IMG/VR virus record: IMGVR_UViG_3300046171_000193
Location: 64,001-128,000 of that record
Direction: 5' to 3' (one strand)
Length of the DNA stretch: 64,000 bases
From: a virus
The position numbers were made by a program, and so were the translations under genes. The notes under the pieces were generated by a model. It made no database searches, was not told the origin of the DNA, and worked only from the letters and a program-made list of their open reading frames with translations. This document shows, one piece after another, positions 39,001-49,339 of this stretch. Position 1 is the first letter of the stretch; every line of letters starts with the position of its first letter.

Positions 39001-40582
39001 CACATACTTAGGTAATCCTAATATAAAACGAGACGGAATAGTTACTCAATGGACAAACGAAGAAGTTCTTGAGTATGCTCGTTGTATGAAAGATCCGTCA
39101 CACTTCGCCACAACTTATTGTAAGATTATATCCCTTGATGAGGGATTAGTTCCTTTTGAATTATATGCTTACCAAGAAAAAATGTTTAAAGCGTTTGATG
39201 CAAATCGCTTTAATATAGTATTAGCATGCCGACAGTCTGGTAAATCTATATCTTCAGTGGCATATCTATTATGGTACGCTTTATTTCATACAGAAAAAAC
39301 TATTGCTGTTATGGCAAACAAAGGTGCTACAGCTCGCGAGATGCTGGGTCGTATTACTCTTATGCTAGAAAATTTACCTTTTTTCTTACAGCCCGGTTGT
39401 AAGGCTTTGAATAAGGGTTCAATCGAGTTTTCAAATAATTCCCGTATCGTTGCAGCGGCAACGTCAGGCTCCTCGATTCGAGGTATGTCTGTGTCGTTAT
39501 TGTATTTAGACGAGTTTGCGTTTGTGGAAAATGCTGCTGAGTTTTATACGTCGACATATCCGGTTATCTCATCTGGTACAAATACTAAAATCATTATTAC
39601 ATCTACTGCTAATGGTATTGGTAACGTATTTCATAAAATCTGGGAAGGTGCTGCGCAAGGAATAAATGAGTTTAAACCTTTTCGCGTTGACTGGTGGGAC
39701 GTACCTGGACGTGACGAGAACTGGAAAAACCAGACAATAGCAAATACGTCTCAGCTACAATTTGACCAAGAGTTTGGAAATACATTTTTTGGTACCGGAG
39801 ATACATTAGTTAACGCCGAAACATTACTAAAGCTTCGAGCAAAAAATCCTCTGCGCTATCTTGAAGGCGGTGACCTTAAGATCTACGAAGAAACACAAAA
39901 AGATAACGAGTACGTTATGTTAGTTGACGTATCGAAAGGAAGAGGACAGGATTATTCTACATTTAATTTAATCGATATAAGCTCTAGACCTTTTAAACAG
40001 GTTGCCGTTTATCGCAACAATCTTATCTCTCCATTACTCTTCCCTAATATTATATATAAGTGGGCGAATTCCTATAACAAAGCATATGTCGTAATTGAGT
40101 CAAATGATCAAGGTTCTCTTGTGACAAATGGTCTCTATCATGATCTAGAATATGAGAATATGCATGTTGAGTCTGCCATTAAAGCAAATGCTCTTGGAAT
40201 TGAAATGACTCGTAAAGTTAAAAGGCTTGGCTGCTCATCATTTAAAGATATAATAGAAAATAACAAACTAGACATATGCGATGATGATACTATTTTAGAA
40301 ATATCTACATTTGTAGCAAAAGGAGTATCATACGAAGCTTCTCCTGGAAATCATGACGATTTAGTGATGAATCTAGTAATGCTAGGTTATTTTATGTCAA
40401 CACAATATTTTAGCGATATGACTGATATTAATCTAAAAGAAATAATGTTTAAACAAAAGATGAAAGAAATAGAAGATGATCTCCCTCCATTTGGATTTAT
40501 TGATGATGGACTACCTGCTCACCCAACAGAAGAAGAAATTGAAGGAAGGCAGTGGGCTATAGAATATATGCCAGATATTTAA
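38978..40582 (+). CDS. gp17: Terminase large subunit gp17 (start approximate)
   Basis: YLGNPN, Walker A RQSGKS, LDEFAF, IITST, DVSKG...DYS, HDDLVM. Confidence 0.95.
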   Translation: MMLLQKNDTYLGNPNIKRDGIVTQWTNEEVLEYARCMKDPSHFATTYCKIISLDEGLVPFELYAYQEKMFKAFDANRFNIVLACRQSGKSISSVAYLLWYALFHTEKTIAVMANKGATAREMLGRITLMLENLPFFLQPGCKALNKGSIEFSNNSRIVAAATSGSSIRGMSVSLLYLDEFAFVENAAEFYTSTYPVISSGTNTKIIITSTANGIGNVFHKIWEGAAQGINEFKPFRVDWWDVPGRDENWKNQTIANTSQLQFDQEFGNTFFGTGDTLVNAETLLKLRAKNPLRYLEGGDLKIYEETQKDNEYVMLVDVSKGRGQDYSTFNLIDISSRPFKQVAVYRNNLISPLLFPNIIYKWANSYNKAYVVIESNDQGSLVTNGLYHDLEYENMHVESAIKANALGIEMTRKVKRLGCSSFKDIIENNKLDICDDDTILEISTFVAKGVSYEASPGNHDDLVMNLVMLGYFMSTQYFSDMTDINLKEIMFKQKMKEIEDDLPPFGFIDDGLPAHPTEEEIEGRQWAIEYMPDI

Positions 40583-40586
40583 ATAT

Positions 40587-40594
40587 TATAAATA
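40587..40594 (+). promoter_or_regulatory. Late promoter TATAAATA (gp18)
   Basis: Exact motif, intergenic. Confidence 0.8.
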
Positions 40595-40662
40595 AGACTG
40601 AGTGAAAAAGAATTCGTATTATGAACCCGCATATAATTTAAATTTTCGAGAGGACAGAAATT

Positions 40663-42399
40663 ATGGCATTTTCAGAATCTCCGGCAATTACGGTAAGAGA
40701 GATAGACGCGTCTGGTGTAGTGCCAGCAGTTTCTTCTTCTACTGGCGCATTTGTTGGTAATTTCCGTTGGGGCCCTGTTGAGAAACCAGTTTTGATTTCT
40801 AATGAAGCACAGCTGGCAGAAACATTTGGGACGCCAACACCCGCTAATTCTGTCGATTTCCATTCGGCAGCGTACTTTCTTAAGTACACAAATGCCCTTC
40901 AAGTTGTTCGTGTATTAGGCGATACAGATGGTTATAACGCTTATAATCATAACGAAGTAGCTAAGGGCAAAAATGTCAGAGTTAAAGATGGTGATGCATG
41001 GGATGCAGCACTAGCAGGATTTGATTCTGATAAACATACATTCGTAGCTAAATGGCCAGGTGCACTGGGCAATAGCTTAAGAGTTTCTTTATGCCCACAA
41101 CAAGGTGCTGATTCAGCATATAATGGATGGGCATATAAGGATAATTTTGATACACCTCCCGGTACATCAGGTTTTGCTGAAGGCAAAAACGCAGTGAACG
41201 ACGAAATTCACGTTGCAGTTGTCGACCAAGGCGGCAAATTTTCCGGTACAAAGGGAACAGTATTAGAAACATATCCATTTGTTTCAGTGGCAGCAAATGC
41301 TAAAACATCAGATGGTTCAACAAACTTTGTGAGAGACGTAATCAATAGAAAATCAGCATACATTTGGATGGCTGGTTTTGATTCAGATTACACTGTTGCA
41401 AACTCTGGACTAGATGCAGATTCTGGAAAAGATTTCCAACTTTCTGCTGGCGTACTAGCTGCTAAAAACTACGAACTAGATTCTGGTGATGAGTCAGAAA
41501 ATATGGACGTAGGTGATTACATTACTGGTTTTGATAAGTTTGAAGACAAAGATAATATCCAAGTAGATCTTATGATTGCTCCTCAAATGTCATCAAGAAC
41601 AGATACGACAACAATCGTTAACGATTTGGTAAGTATTGCTCAAGGTCAACGTAAAGACTGCGTAGTAGTTGCTTCACCAGCAAGAAGCGATATCGTTGGT
41701 GCAACTCCGGCAAATGCTAATACTGCTGCTGTGACGACCGCTAATACATTTACTGCTTCTTCATATTTAGTTGTCGACAATAACTTTCTTAAAGTCTATG
41801 ATAAATATAACGATGAGTTTATCTTTGTCCCCGCAAACTCTTCAACCGCAGGCGTTATGGCTGCGACTGATGTAACAGCGGCAACTTGGTTCTCACCAGC
41901 TGGTCCGCGACGTGGTCAATATCTTGGTGTAACAGGTATTTCATACTCTCCGAACAAAGCTCAGAGAGATGTGCTATATCGTAACGGTATTAACCCGATT
42001 GCGAATATTCCTGGTCAAGGATTGCTACTATTTGGTGATAAGACAAAACTCGCAAGGCCTTCGGCATTCGATCGTATTAACGTACGTCGTTTGTTCTTGA
42101 CTATCGAAAGAGCAATCTCGATTGCAGCTCGAAACGTAATGTTCGAATTCAACGATGAATTCACAAGAGCAGAGTTCGTTGGAGTTGTAGAGCCATTCTT
42201 AAGAGACATCAAAGGTCGCCGTGGTATAACAGACTTCCGTGTGATTTGTGACGAAACAAACAATACGGGTGCAGTTATAGATAGAAATGAATTTGTTGCG
42301 ACAGTCTTAGTCAAACCTGCACGTTCGATCAACTTTGTTACTCTTAACTTTGTTGCCGTACGTACCGGAGTTGATTTCGCAGAAATCGCTGGGGTGTAA
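40663..42399 (+). CDS. gp18: Tail sheath protein gp18
   Basis: SP...VREID, FRWGPVE, WFSPAG..RG, FDRINVRRLF, KPARSINFVTLNF. Confidence 0.95.
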   Translation: MAFSESPAITVREIDASGVVPAVSSSTGAFVGNFRWGPVEKPVLISNEAQLAETFGTPTPANSVDFHSAAYFLKYTNALQVVRVLGDTDGYNAYNHNEVAKGKNVRVKDGDAWDAALAGFDSDKHTFVAKWPGALGNSLRVSLCPQQGADSAYNGWAYKDNFDTPPGTSGFAEGKNAVNDEIHVAVVDQGGKFSGTKGTVLETYPFVSVAANAKTSDGSTNFVRDVINRKSAYIWMAGFDSDYTVANSGLDADSGKDFQLSAGVLAAKNYELDSGDESENMDVGDYITGFDKFEDKDNIQVDLMIAPQMSSRTDTTTIVNDLVSIAQGQRKDCVVVASPARSDIVGATPANANTAAVTTANTFTASSYLVVDNNFLKVYDKYNDEFIFVPANSSTAGVMAATDVTAATWFSPAGPRRGQYLGVTGISYSPNKAQRDVLYRNGINPIANIPGQGLLLFGDKTKLARPSAFDRINVRRLFLTIERAISIAARNVMFEFNDEFTRAEFVGVVEPFLRDIKGRRGITDFRVICDETNNTGAVIDRNEFVATVLVKPARSINFVTLNFVAVRTGVDFAEIAGV

Positions 42400-42409
42400 G
42401 GAGGTTTAA

Positions 42410-42944
42410 ATGGCTATTTTAGGTATCGACGATTTTAAATCCAAACTTGCAGGTGGGGGGCGCACGTCCAAATCTGTTTAAAGTCACTGTAAACTTTCCA
42501 ACAGCAATTCCCACTGCGGGTGATGCTGAATTAACTTCTTTCTTATGTAGAGCGGCTCAGTTGCCTGGTTCTACGATTCCACCTATGCCAGTGCCTTTCC
42601 GAGGCCGAGTGCTAAATATGGCTGGTGATCGTACATTTGAACCATGGACTGTAACTTGTATGAACGATACAAACTTTACAATTCGCGATTCAATGGAAAG
42701 ATGGATGAATGGGATTAATGCTCATTCACTTAATACAGGGGAAGTGAATCCAGTAAACTATCAAGCTGATTTAAAAGTTGACCAATTGGATAAGGACGAA
42801 AAAGTTCTTAAAACATACAACTTTATTGCGGCATTCCCAACAGCAATCTCACCAATCGAGCTTGCTTATGATGCCAATGATCAGATTGAAGAGTTCACAA
42901 TTGAGTGGACTTACCAGTACTGGACATCAAACACAACTAGCTAA
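42410..42944 (+). CDS. gp19: Tail tube protein gp19 (one extra G in the G-run near 42445-42450)
   Basis: RBS GGAGG then MAILGIDDFKSKLAGG(G)ARPNLF, GDRTFEPW, IEEF; deleting one G restores the frame. Confidence 0.9.
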
Positions 42945-42951
42945 GTTGTTC

Positions 42952-42982
42952 AGGAGGCCAGGTTCTCTGGCCTCCTTATTTA
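42952..42982 (+). terminator. Stem-loop after gp19 (terminator or processing site)
   Basis: AGGAGGCCAG-gttct-CTGGCCTCCT followed by TATTT. Confidence 0.6.
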
Positions 42983-42996
42983 ATTTAGGATGAAGT

Positions 42997-44517
42997 ATGG
43001 CCGACAATAATGCATTAAAAATATTTGGCTTCGAAATTCGGAGAGCAAATAAAAAAGAAGAAGACAAGAAGTTACAATCTATTGTACCTCGTCAAGACGA
43101 CGATGGTGCAGGATACGTTACTGCTTCTGGTTCTCATTATGGTCAGTATATTAATATTGATGGAGATGATTCTAAAGACAATCATCAGATGATAATGAAA
43201 TACCGTGGCGTTGCAACACATCCGGAAGTTGATGCCGCAATAGAAGATATTATTAATGAATCTGTTTCAGCTTCAGAAGAAGAGGCACCAGTCACAATTG
43301 TTCTTGATAAAGTTGAAGTATCAGATCAGATTAAAAAAGGAATTACAGAAGAGTTCGATAACGTCTTATCGATGTTGGACTTTACAAATAATGGCCACGA
43401 CATGTTTAAACGTTGGTATATTGATGGCCGTTTATATCATCACCTTGTTGTAAATGAATCTAATATTAAAGCAGGTATTCAGGAGATTCGTCCTATTGAC
43501 TCTGCAAAGATTCGTAAAGTAAAACAAGTAAAGAAAAAGAAAGATCCAGTCACTGGAGCTAACTTAGTTGAATCAGTTGATGAATATTACATTTATCAAG
43601 AGAAACCTGGGCAACAGACATCAGGCGTAAAACTATCTCATGATTCGGTAAGTTATGTGACATCTGGACTTTTATCAGCTGATAGAAAGAAAGTTGTATC
43701 ACATTTACATAAAGCTCTGAAGCCAATTAACCAGCTTCGAATGATGGAAGACTCACTGGTTATCTACAGGCTTGCACGGGCGCCTGAGAGACGAATATTC
43801 TATATTGACGTAGGTAACTTACCACGAGGTAAGTCTGAACAATATATGAAAGATATTATGGCTCGTTACCGTAATAAACTTGTATATGATGCAGACACAG
43901 GACAAATAAGAGATGATCGCAAACATATGTCAATGCTCGAAGATTTCTGGCTACCAAGACGTGAAGGTGGAAGAGGCACTGAGATCTCTACTTTACCAGG
44001 AGGAGAAAATCTCGGACAGATTGACGATATCGTCTATTTCCAAAAGCGTCTTTATCGGTCTCTTAATGTACCGATTAATCGCTTAGAACAGGAAGCACAG
44101 TTTAGTCTAGGTCGATCTACTGAGATAAGTAGAGATGAATTAAAATTTCAGAAGTTTATTGACAGACTTCGTAAACGTTTCTCAATGTTGTTCTTAGAAA
44201 TTCTAAAGAAACAACTTGTGATGAAAGGTTTAATCACTGACGAAGATTGGAATGAATGGAAGAACGATTTAGTTATTGATTATACAAGAGATAATCATTT
44301 TACAGAATTAAAAGATGCCGAACTATTAAGAGAAAGACTGCAAACGCTTGATCAAGTAAGTCAATACGTAGGTGATTACTTCTCAAAAGAATGGGTTATG
44401 AAAAATGTGTTAATGTTTAACGACGATGACATTAAACAAAACGCTGAGCAAGATGCTGAAGAACAGCCGAATCAGGCAGATCAGGATAATGCGCAACAAA
44501 ATCAAGATGAAGAATAA
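42997..44517 (+). CDS. gp20: Portal protein gp20
   Basis: HPEVDAAIEDI, NQLRMMEDSLVIYRLARAPERRIFYIDVGN, EDFWLPRREGGRGTEI. Confidence 0.96.
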   Translation: MADNNALKIFGFEIRRANKKEEDKKLQSIVPRQDDDGAGYVTASGSHYGQYINIDGDDSKDNHQMIMKYRGVATHPEVDAAIEDIINESVSASEEEAPVTIVLDKVEVSDQIKKGITEEFDNVLSMLDFTNNGHDMFKRWYIDGRLYHHLVVNESNIKAGIQEIRPIDSAKIRKVKQVKKKKDPVTGANLVESVDEYYIYQEKPGQQTSGVKLSHDSVSYVTSGLLSADRKKVVSHLHKALKPINQLRMMEDSLVIYRLARAPERRIFYIDVGNLPRGKSEQYMKDIMARYRNKLVYDADTGQIRDDRKHMSMLEDFWLPRREGGRGTEISTLPGGENLGQIDDIVYFQKRLYRSLNVPINRLEQEAQFSLGRSTEISRDELKFQKFIDRLRKRFSMLFLEILKKQLVMKGLITDEDWNEWKNDLVIDYTRDNHFTELKDAELLRERLQTLDQVSQYVGDYFSKEWVMKNVLMFNDDDIKQNAEQDAEEQPNQADQDNAQQNQDEE

Positions 44518-44523
44518 TTTTAT

Positions 44524-44531
44524 TATAAATA
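44524..44531 (+). promoter_or_regulatory. Late promoter TATAAATA
   Basis: Exact motif before 44550. Confidence 0.75.
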
Positions 44532-44549
44532 ATAGGAAACGGAGTTATT

Positions 44550-44840
44550 ATGGAAAACATTGAGCAATTGATACAGCAAGCAGCTGATAAAGATTATGCT
44601 GGAGCTAATACTACATTTGTAGATATTATGAATCAAAAGCTTTCTGATACTTTGGAACAAGAAAGAATCAAAGTGTCTGGACAAATATATAATGGATTAG
44701 AATCCGAAGAAGATGAAGAACAACTAGAACTAGATTTAGACGATGACATAGAATTAGAAGATGAGTCTGAAGAGGATGAACACGATGTTGACGACGAGCC
44801 TGATACAGACGAATCCGATGAAGACCCTGAAGAATCTTAG
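44550..44840 (+). CDS. Acidic prohead core protein (gp67-like by position)
   Basis: Between gp20 and gp21; very acidic C-terminus; RBS GGAG. Confidence 0.6.
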   Translation: MENIEQLIQQAADKDYAGANTTFVDIMNQKLSDTLEQERIKVSGQIYNGLESEEDEEQLELDLDDDIELEDESEEDEHDVDDEPDTDESDEDPEES

Positions 44841-45021
44841 AGAAGCCGTAACAAAAGAGCGGACAGTATATCAAAGAAAATATACGGGTTTCAGACTAGA
44901 GATTATACAGAAGTATGATAAGTTTGAAGCATATGTAGACGGTGAGAAATTAGACACTTATGACACGAAAAAGCATGCAATGAAAATGATTATGCAATTC
45001 GTTAGGGAAGTAGATCAATGA
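44818..45021 (+). CDS. Small prohead-region protein (MKTLKNLRE...)
   Basis: ATG at 44818 overlaps the end of the previous gene; stop overlaps the gp21 start. Confidence 0.55.
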   Translation: MKTLKNLREAVTKERTVYQRKYTGFRLEIIQKYDKFEAYVDGEKLDTYDTKKHAMKMIMQFVREVDQ

Positions 45022-45677
45022 AGCTTATTGCTGAATACACTGAACAGAATATACAATGCTTGGTGGAAGCCAAGGAGGACGGTAGTAAGAGTTATACTAT
45101 CGAAGGCGTATTCGCGCAAGCTGAACAAAAGAATAGAAATGGACGTATATATCCGCAGCCAATTATGGAAGCTGCAGTAAAGAAATACGCCAAAGAACAA
45201 GTTGCAACTAAACGGGCCGTGGGTGAATTAAACCATCCCGAAGGTCCTACTGTCAACTTGGACAAAGTTTCCCATCTCATAACTGACCTCAAAGTTGAGG
45301 GTAAGGATGTGGTGGGTAAGGCAACTATATTGGGCACTCCAATGGGTGAAGTCGTTAAAGGCTTACTTGAAGGTGGTGTGCAACTAGGTGTCTCAACTCG
45401 TGGTATGGGTAGCCTTGAGAGACGTGGCGATGCCATGTATGTCAAAGATGACTTTATGCTTAATACGATTGACATCGTACAAGATCCATCAGCTCCCGGA
45501 GCTTTTGTTAATGGAATTATGGAAGGCGTTGACTGGATCTGGAATAATGGCATCATTGAAGCTCAAGAAATTGAAAAAATGGAGACTGAAATTAAAACAG
45601 CTCCACGTGCTGATCTCTATGAGACTCAGACTCGTGAGTTTAAGAATTTCCTCTCGTTACTGAAAACTAAACTATAA
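45018..45677 (+). CDS. gp21: Prohead protease gp21
   Basis: MKLIAE, NRNGRIY, GELNHP, GVSTRGMGSL, DIVQDPSAPGAFV. Confidence 0.95.
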   Translation: MKLIAEYTEQNIQCLVEAKEDGSKSYTIEGVFAQAEQKNRNGRIYPQPIMEAAVKKYAKEQVATKRAVGELNHPEGPTVNLDKVSHLITDLKVEGKDVVGKATILGTPMGEVVKGLLEGGVQLGVSTRGMGSLERRGDAMYVKDDFMLNTIDIVQDPSAPGAFVNGIMEGVDWIWNNGIIEAQEIEKMETEIKTAPRADLYETQTREFKNFLSLLKTKL

Positions 45678-45692
45678 TATAGGAGTCAAGAC

Positions 45693-46745
45693 ATGACTGA
45701 CCAAATCCAAGATCAGGATGTTGAGCTCGACGAGAATGAAATCGAAGAAGCTCACGATCCCAAAAATGCAGAGGCGCAATCAGTTGCTTCTGTAAAGGGT
45801 GCTGAAGGAAAAGGAAAGACTGCTAAAGAGCCAGGTGGCAAAGGCGGTCCGAAAGATCCTATGCAAAAGTTGCCAGGAACCAAAGCTGGTATGATTAATG
45901 CAATGTACATGAAAGCAAGCAAAATGAAGAAAGAAGAGCTTGCTGGCATGTATGCTAAACTTATGGGCGAAACTGTGTTAGAAGAGCTAAATGCTGATGA
46001 TCAACCACTCGTTGAATATCAGGCTGACTTTTCTGAAGATCTAGACGCATTAATCGAGTCTGAAGCTACTCTTTCTGAAGAGTTTAAAGCTAAAACAGCC
46101 GTAATTTTTGAAGCAGCTATTAAATCTAAACTATCTGAAGAGATCGATCGTTTAGAAGAAAACTATGCAACTGAACTCGAAGAAGAAGTATCAGCTACTA
46201 AAGCAGATATGGTCGAGAAAGTTGACAGCTACCTCAACTATGTTGTTGAGAATTGGATGGAAGAAAATAAACTTGCAGTAGAAACCGGTCTGCGTACCGA
46301 GATTTCTGAGAAGTTTATGAATTCATTGAAAGACCTGTTTACAGAATCTTACATTGAAGTTCCAGAATCTAAAGTTGACCTAGTTGACGAACTTTCCCTA
46401 GAAGTAACAGATCTTGAAGAAGCTCTGAACAATTCTATGGCAAAAGCAATTCAGGCTTCTGAAGAGCTAGAAACAATGAAACGACACGAAGTAATTCGTG
46501 AAGCTTCAAAAGATCTTGCTGAAACACAAGTTGAAAAACTTGCGAAGCTTGTAGAAGATATTACTTTTGAAGATACAGAAACCTTTTCTCAAAAAGTTAA
46601 AACTGTAAAAGAGTCATATTTCAAAAAAGAAGCTGTTGAGTCTGTAATTGAAGACGGAGTTGAAGATGACGATGGAAACATCGTTGAAGCAACTGGCCCA
46701 ATGGCGCAATACCTCACCGCGATCCGCAAGTCGGCGCAAACATAA
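45693..46745 (+). CDS. gp22: Prohead core scaffold gp22
   Basis: LSEEFKAKTAVIFEAA, VDSYLNYVVENW, KESYF, MAQY. Confidence 0.92.
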   Translation: MTDQIQDQDVELDENEIEEAHDPKNAEAQSVASVKGAEGKGKTAKEPGGKGGPKDPMQKLPGTKAGMINAMYMKASKMKKEELAGMYAKLMGETVLEELNADDQPLVEYQADFSEDLDALIESEATLSEEFKAKTAVIFEAAIKSKLSEEIDRLEENYATELEEEVSATKADMVEKVDSYLNYVVENWMEENKLAVETGLRTEISEKFMNSLKDLFTESYIEVPESKVDLVDELSLEVTDLEEALNNSMAKAIQASEELETMKRHEVIREASKDLAETQVEKLAKLVEDITFEDTETFSQKVKTVKESYFKKEAVESVIEDGVEDDDGNIVEATGPMAQYLTAIRKSAQT

Positions 46746-46763
46746 ATTTGGGAGTCCAAACAA

Positions 46764-48097
46764 ATGCAATCTTATGACAAATTAGTCGAAAAGTGGGCAC
46801 CAGTACTTAATGAAGAATCTGCCGGTACTATTAAAGATGCTCATAGACGTAGTGTAACAGCTGCGATTCTAGAAAACCAAGAGGTCGCTCTTCGTGAAGA
46901 ACGTTCTCAGAATAACTTCTTAACAGAAGCTGCACCAGCCGGTGCTAACACAGGTTCCATCGGAACATGGGATCCTGTATTAATCTCACTCGTACGACGT
47001 GCGATGCCAAACCTAATGGCGTATGATGTTGCTGGTGTTCAGCCAATGTCAGGTCCAACTGGTCTCATCTTTGCGATGAAATCACGCTTTGACGGTGGTG
47101 CAACTAACCAAACAGAAGCTCTCTTTAACGAAGCTCCTACACGTCACTCAGGTACAAAAACATCTGCAGCCTCAGGTACAGATGGCTCAGGTCTAAACGT
47201 AACAAATACTGGTGGCGGTGCTGCTGCTCTTACAATCGATTCCGATCGTGTAACAGATCTGAAGAACATGGGTATGACTACAGACTCTGCTGAAGCTCTT
47301 GGTGACTCAGCCTCAAATGCTTTCGAGCAAATGGGTTTCACCATTGAAAAAGCAACTGTGACTGCAAAGTCACGTGCGTTGAAAGCGGAATATACTCTAG
47401 AACTAGCACAAGATCTTAAAGCCATTCATGGTCTAGATGCTGAAACAGAACTAGCAAACATCTCTATCAACTGAGATTCTTGCTGAAATCAACCGTGAAG
47501 TTATTAGAACTATCAACAGCCAAGCTAAAACATGGTGCAGACATCTAACAGCTGCTTAACGGTATCTTCGACATAGTCATCAGATGCTGATGGTCGTTGG
47601 TCAGTTGAGAAGTTCAAAGGCTAATCGTTCAGATTGAACGTGAAGCTAACGTAATTGCTAAAGAAACACGTACGCGGTAAAGGTAACTTCATGTATGTTC
47701 TTCTGACGTTGCTTCTGCTCTTCAGCTTCTGGCATGTTGGATTACTCTCCTGCATTGTCAACAAACTTGAACGTTGATGACACAGGCAACACATTCGCTG
47801 GTGTTCTTAACGGTCGTACACGAGTATACATCGACCCGTATTGCAACTGCTGATTACGTAACTGTTGGTTACAAGGGTACTAACCCTTATGACGCTGGTC
47901 TATTCTATTGTCCATACGTACCATTAACTATGGTTCGTGCGGTAGGGGAAGAAAACTTCCAGCCAAAAATCGGTTTTAAAACTCGATACGGCATGGCATC
48001 AAACCCATTCGTAGGTGCAACACCTGCAAACGGTTTGGCAGCTGCGAAATCAAACCAATACTACAGAATTTTCCGTGTAGACAATATCATGGCATAA
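46764..48097 (+). CDS. gp23: Major capsid protein gp23 (several indels between about 47460 and 47850 in this read)
   Basis: KWAPVL, LISLVRRAMPNL, VQPMSGPTGLIFAM, KSRALKAEY, FYCPYVPL, FQPKIGFKTRYG; EINREV and GRWSVEKFKG appear in shifted frames. Confidence 0.93.
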
Positions 48098-48117
48098 GCC
48101 AACGGAAATACCTCCAC

Positions 48118-48145
48118 AAGGGTCGCTTCGGCGACCCTTTTTTTT
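48118..48145 (+). terminator. Intrinsic terminator after gp23 with a cUUCGg loop
   Basis: AAGGGTCGC-TTCG-GCGACCCTT followed by a T-run. Confidence 0.9.
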
Positions 48146-48147
48146 AT

Positions 48148-48155
48148 TATAAATA
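48148..48155 (+). promoter_or_regulatory. Late promoter TATAAATA (gp3)
   Basis: Exact motif immediately after the terminator. Confidence 0.75.
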
Positions 48156-48177
48156 GTGACATATAAAGGAAGATTAT

Positions 48178-48720
48178 ATGGCTATATCGACAACAACCAC
48201 ATCTGCTGGGATTTTAGAATCTACTATTACATCTAATGCAAACTATCTACAACCTACTGGGTTTAAGATAGGCATTAATCGTAAGTACTTTCCAAACGTA
48301 GAATACTTTGCACAATCTATTATGCATCCAGATATGTCAGTAACTCAAATAGAAGTACCATATAAAAGAATTGGCGGCGTTCCACTTACAGGAGATAAAT
48401 TAAATTTCGGTGAGATGACAGCAATGATTATCATGGATGAAAATTTATCAGCATATACAGAAATGTATAACTGGTTAAAGTCTTTTGTTGAGGCGCCAGA
48501 CGTTAAAGCATCAGAAGCAGCAAACAGTTCAAAGGGACCTTCTGAAGCAGATATAACTCTCTCTATATTAACAAGTCATAATAACGTTGCAAAGAAAATT
48601 ATATATAGAAGTGCCTTCCCAACATTATTAGGAGATGTAAATTTTGAAGCTTCTACTGGCGATGTTCAATATATTACATTCCCAATTTCATTTAGATTTA
48701 CATACTTTGACATTGAATAA
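48178..48720 (+). CDS. gp3: Tail completion / tube terminator gp3-like
   Basis: NYLQPTGF, PNVEYF, GDKL, DENL..Y.E.YNW, AFPT.L. Confidence 0.85.
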   Translation: MAISTTTTSAGILESTITSNANYLQPTGFKIGINRKYFPNVEYFAQSIMHPDMSVTQIEVPYKRIGGVPLTGDKLNFGEMTAMIIMDENLSAYTEMYNWLKSFVEAPDVKASEAANSSKGPSEADITLSILTSHNNVAKKIIYRSAFPTLLGDVNFEASTGDVQYITFPISFRFTYFDIE

Positions 48721-48735
48721 AAACTAGGATATATT

Positions 48736-49179
48736 ATGGATTTGAAAGTGATTCTCGACATGTGGTCGAGTGACTGTGCTATTGCACAAACTAGTTTAGA
48801 CGAATCATCTAGACAAACCCCGATGCTACACGCAAAATATTTAGAACTTCTTTCTACTATGAAATTGAGGTTAAAGAAAGCTGAGCAACAACAGAAAATA
48901 TTACTTAAAGACAAATGGCTTTATTATAATGGAAAGATGGATCAGGATCAAATAGTTGATAAGGGGTGGAAGCCGGACCCTTTTGATGGACTTAAAATAC
49001 TAAAAGGTGAAATGGATTACTACTACGATTCTGATCCAGAAATTCAGCAGTCTGTTGATAAAATAGAGTATCTAAAAACTATAATAGATACTTTAAATGA
49101 GATTATGAATAATATAAATTGGAGACATCAGACTATCGGTAATATGATCAGATGGAGGATCTTCGAAAGTGGTGGCTAA
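48736..49179 (+). CDS. uvsY: Recombination mediator UvsY
   Basis: LHAKYL, W.YYNGK, PF..KILK, I..R...I.N.I.W..F..G. Confidence 0.88.
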   Translation: MDLKVILDMWSSDCAIAQTSLDESSRQTPMLHAKYLELLSTMKLRLKKAEQQQKILLKDKWLYYNGKMDQDQIVDKGWKPDPFDGLKILKGEMDYYYDSDPEIQQSVDKIEYLKTIIDTLNEIMNNINWRHQTIGNMIRWRIFESGG

Positions 49180-49339
49180 ATATAATAGAGAGTTTAAATT
49201 AGATGTAAAAGATATTGAAATAATTGAAAATGCGTTAATAAAATATCAAAGAGATGATGCTAAAGCAACTGAGATATTAGCAAAACTATATCACCAAAAA
49301 GTATGGTACAGACCAGATGAGAATTTTGTAAGTGGCTAA
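49172..49339 (+). CDS. 55-aa protein (MAKYNREFKLDVKDIEIIENAL...LAKLYHQKVWYRPDENFVSG)
   Basis: GTG start overlapping the end of uvsY; stop overlaps the uvsW start; fills the gap exactly; missed by the ORF track. Confidence 0.7.
   Translation: MAKYNREFKLDVKDIEIIENALIKYQRDDAKATEILAKLYHQKVWYRPDENFVSG

Noticed and set aside
42441-42450. G-run in gp19 as a phase-variation or slippage site
   Set aside because: One extra G in a homopolymer within an essential gene; sequencing error is the simpler explanation.
47460-47850. gp23 as a pseudogene, intron-split gene or recoding site
   Set aside because: Conserved gp23 motifs continue collinearly across several single-base shifts with no inserted sequence. 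The gene is essential, so these are read errors.
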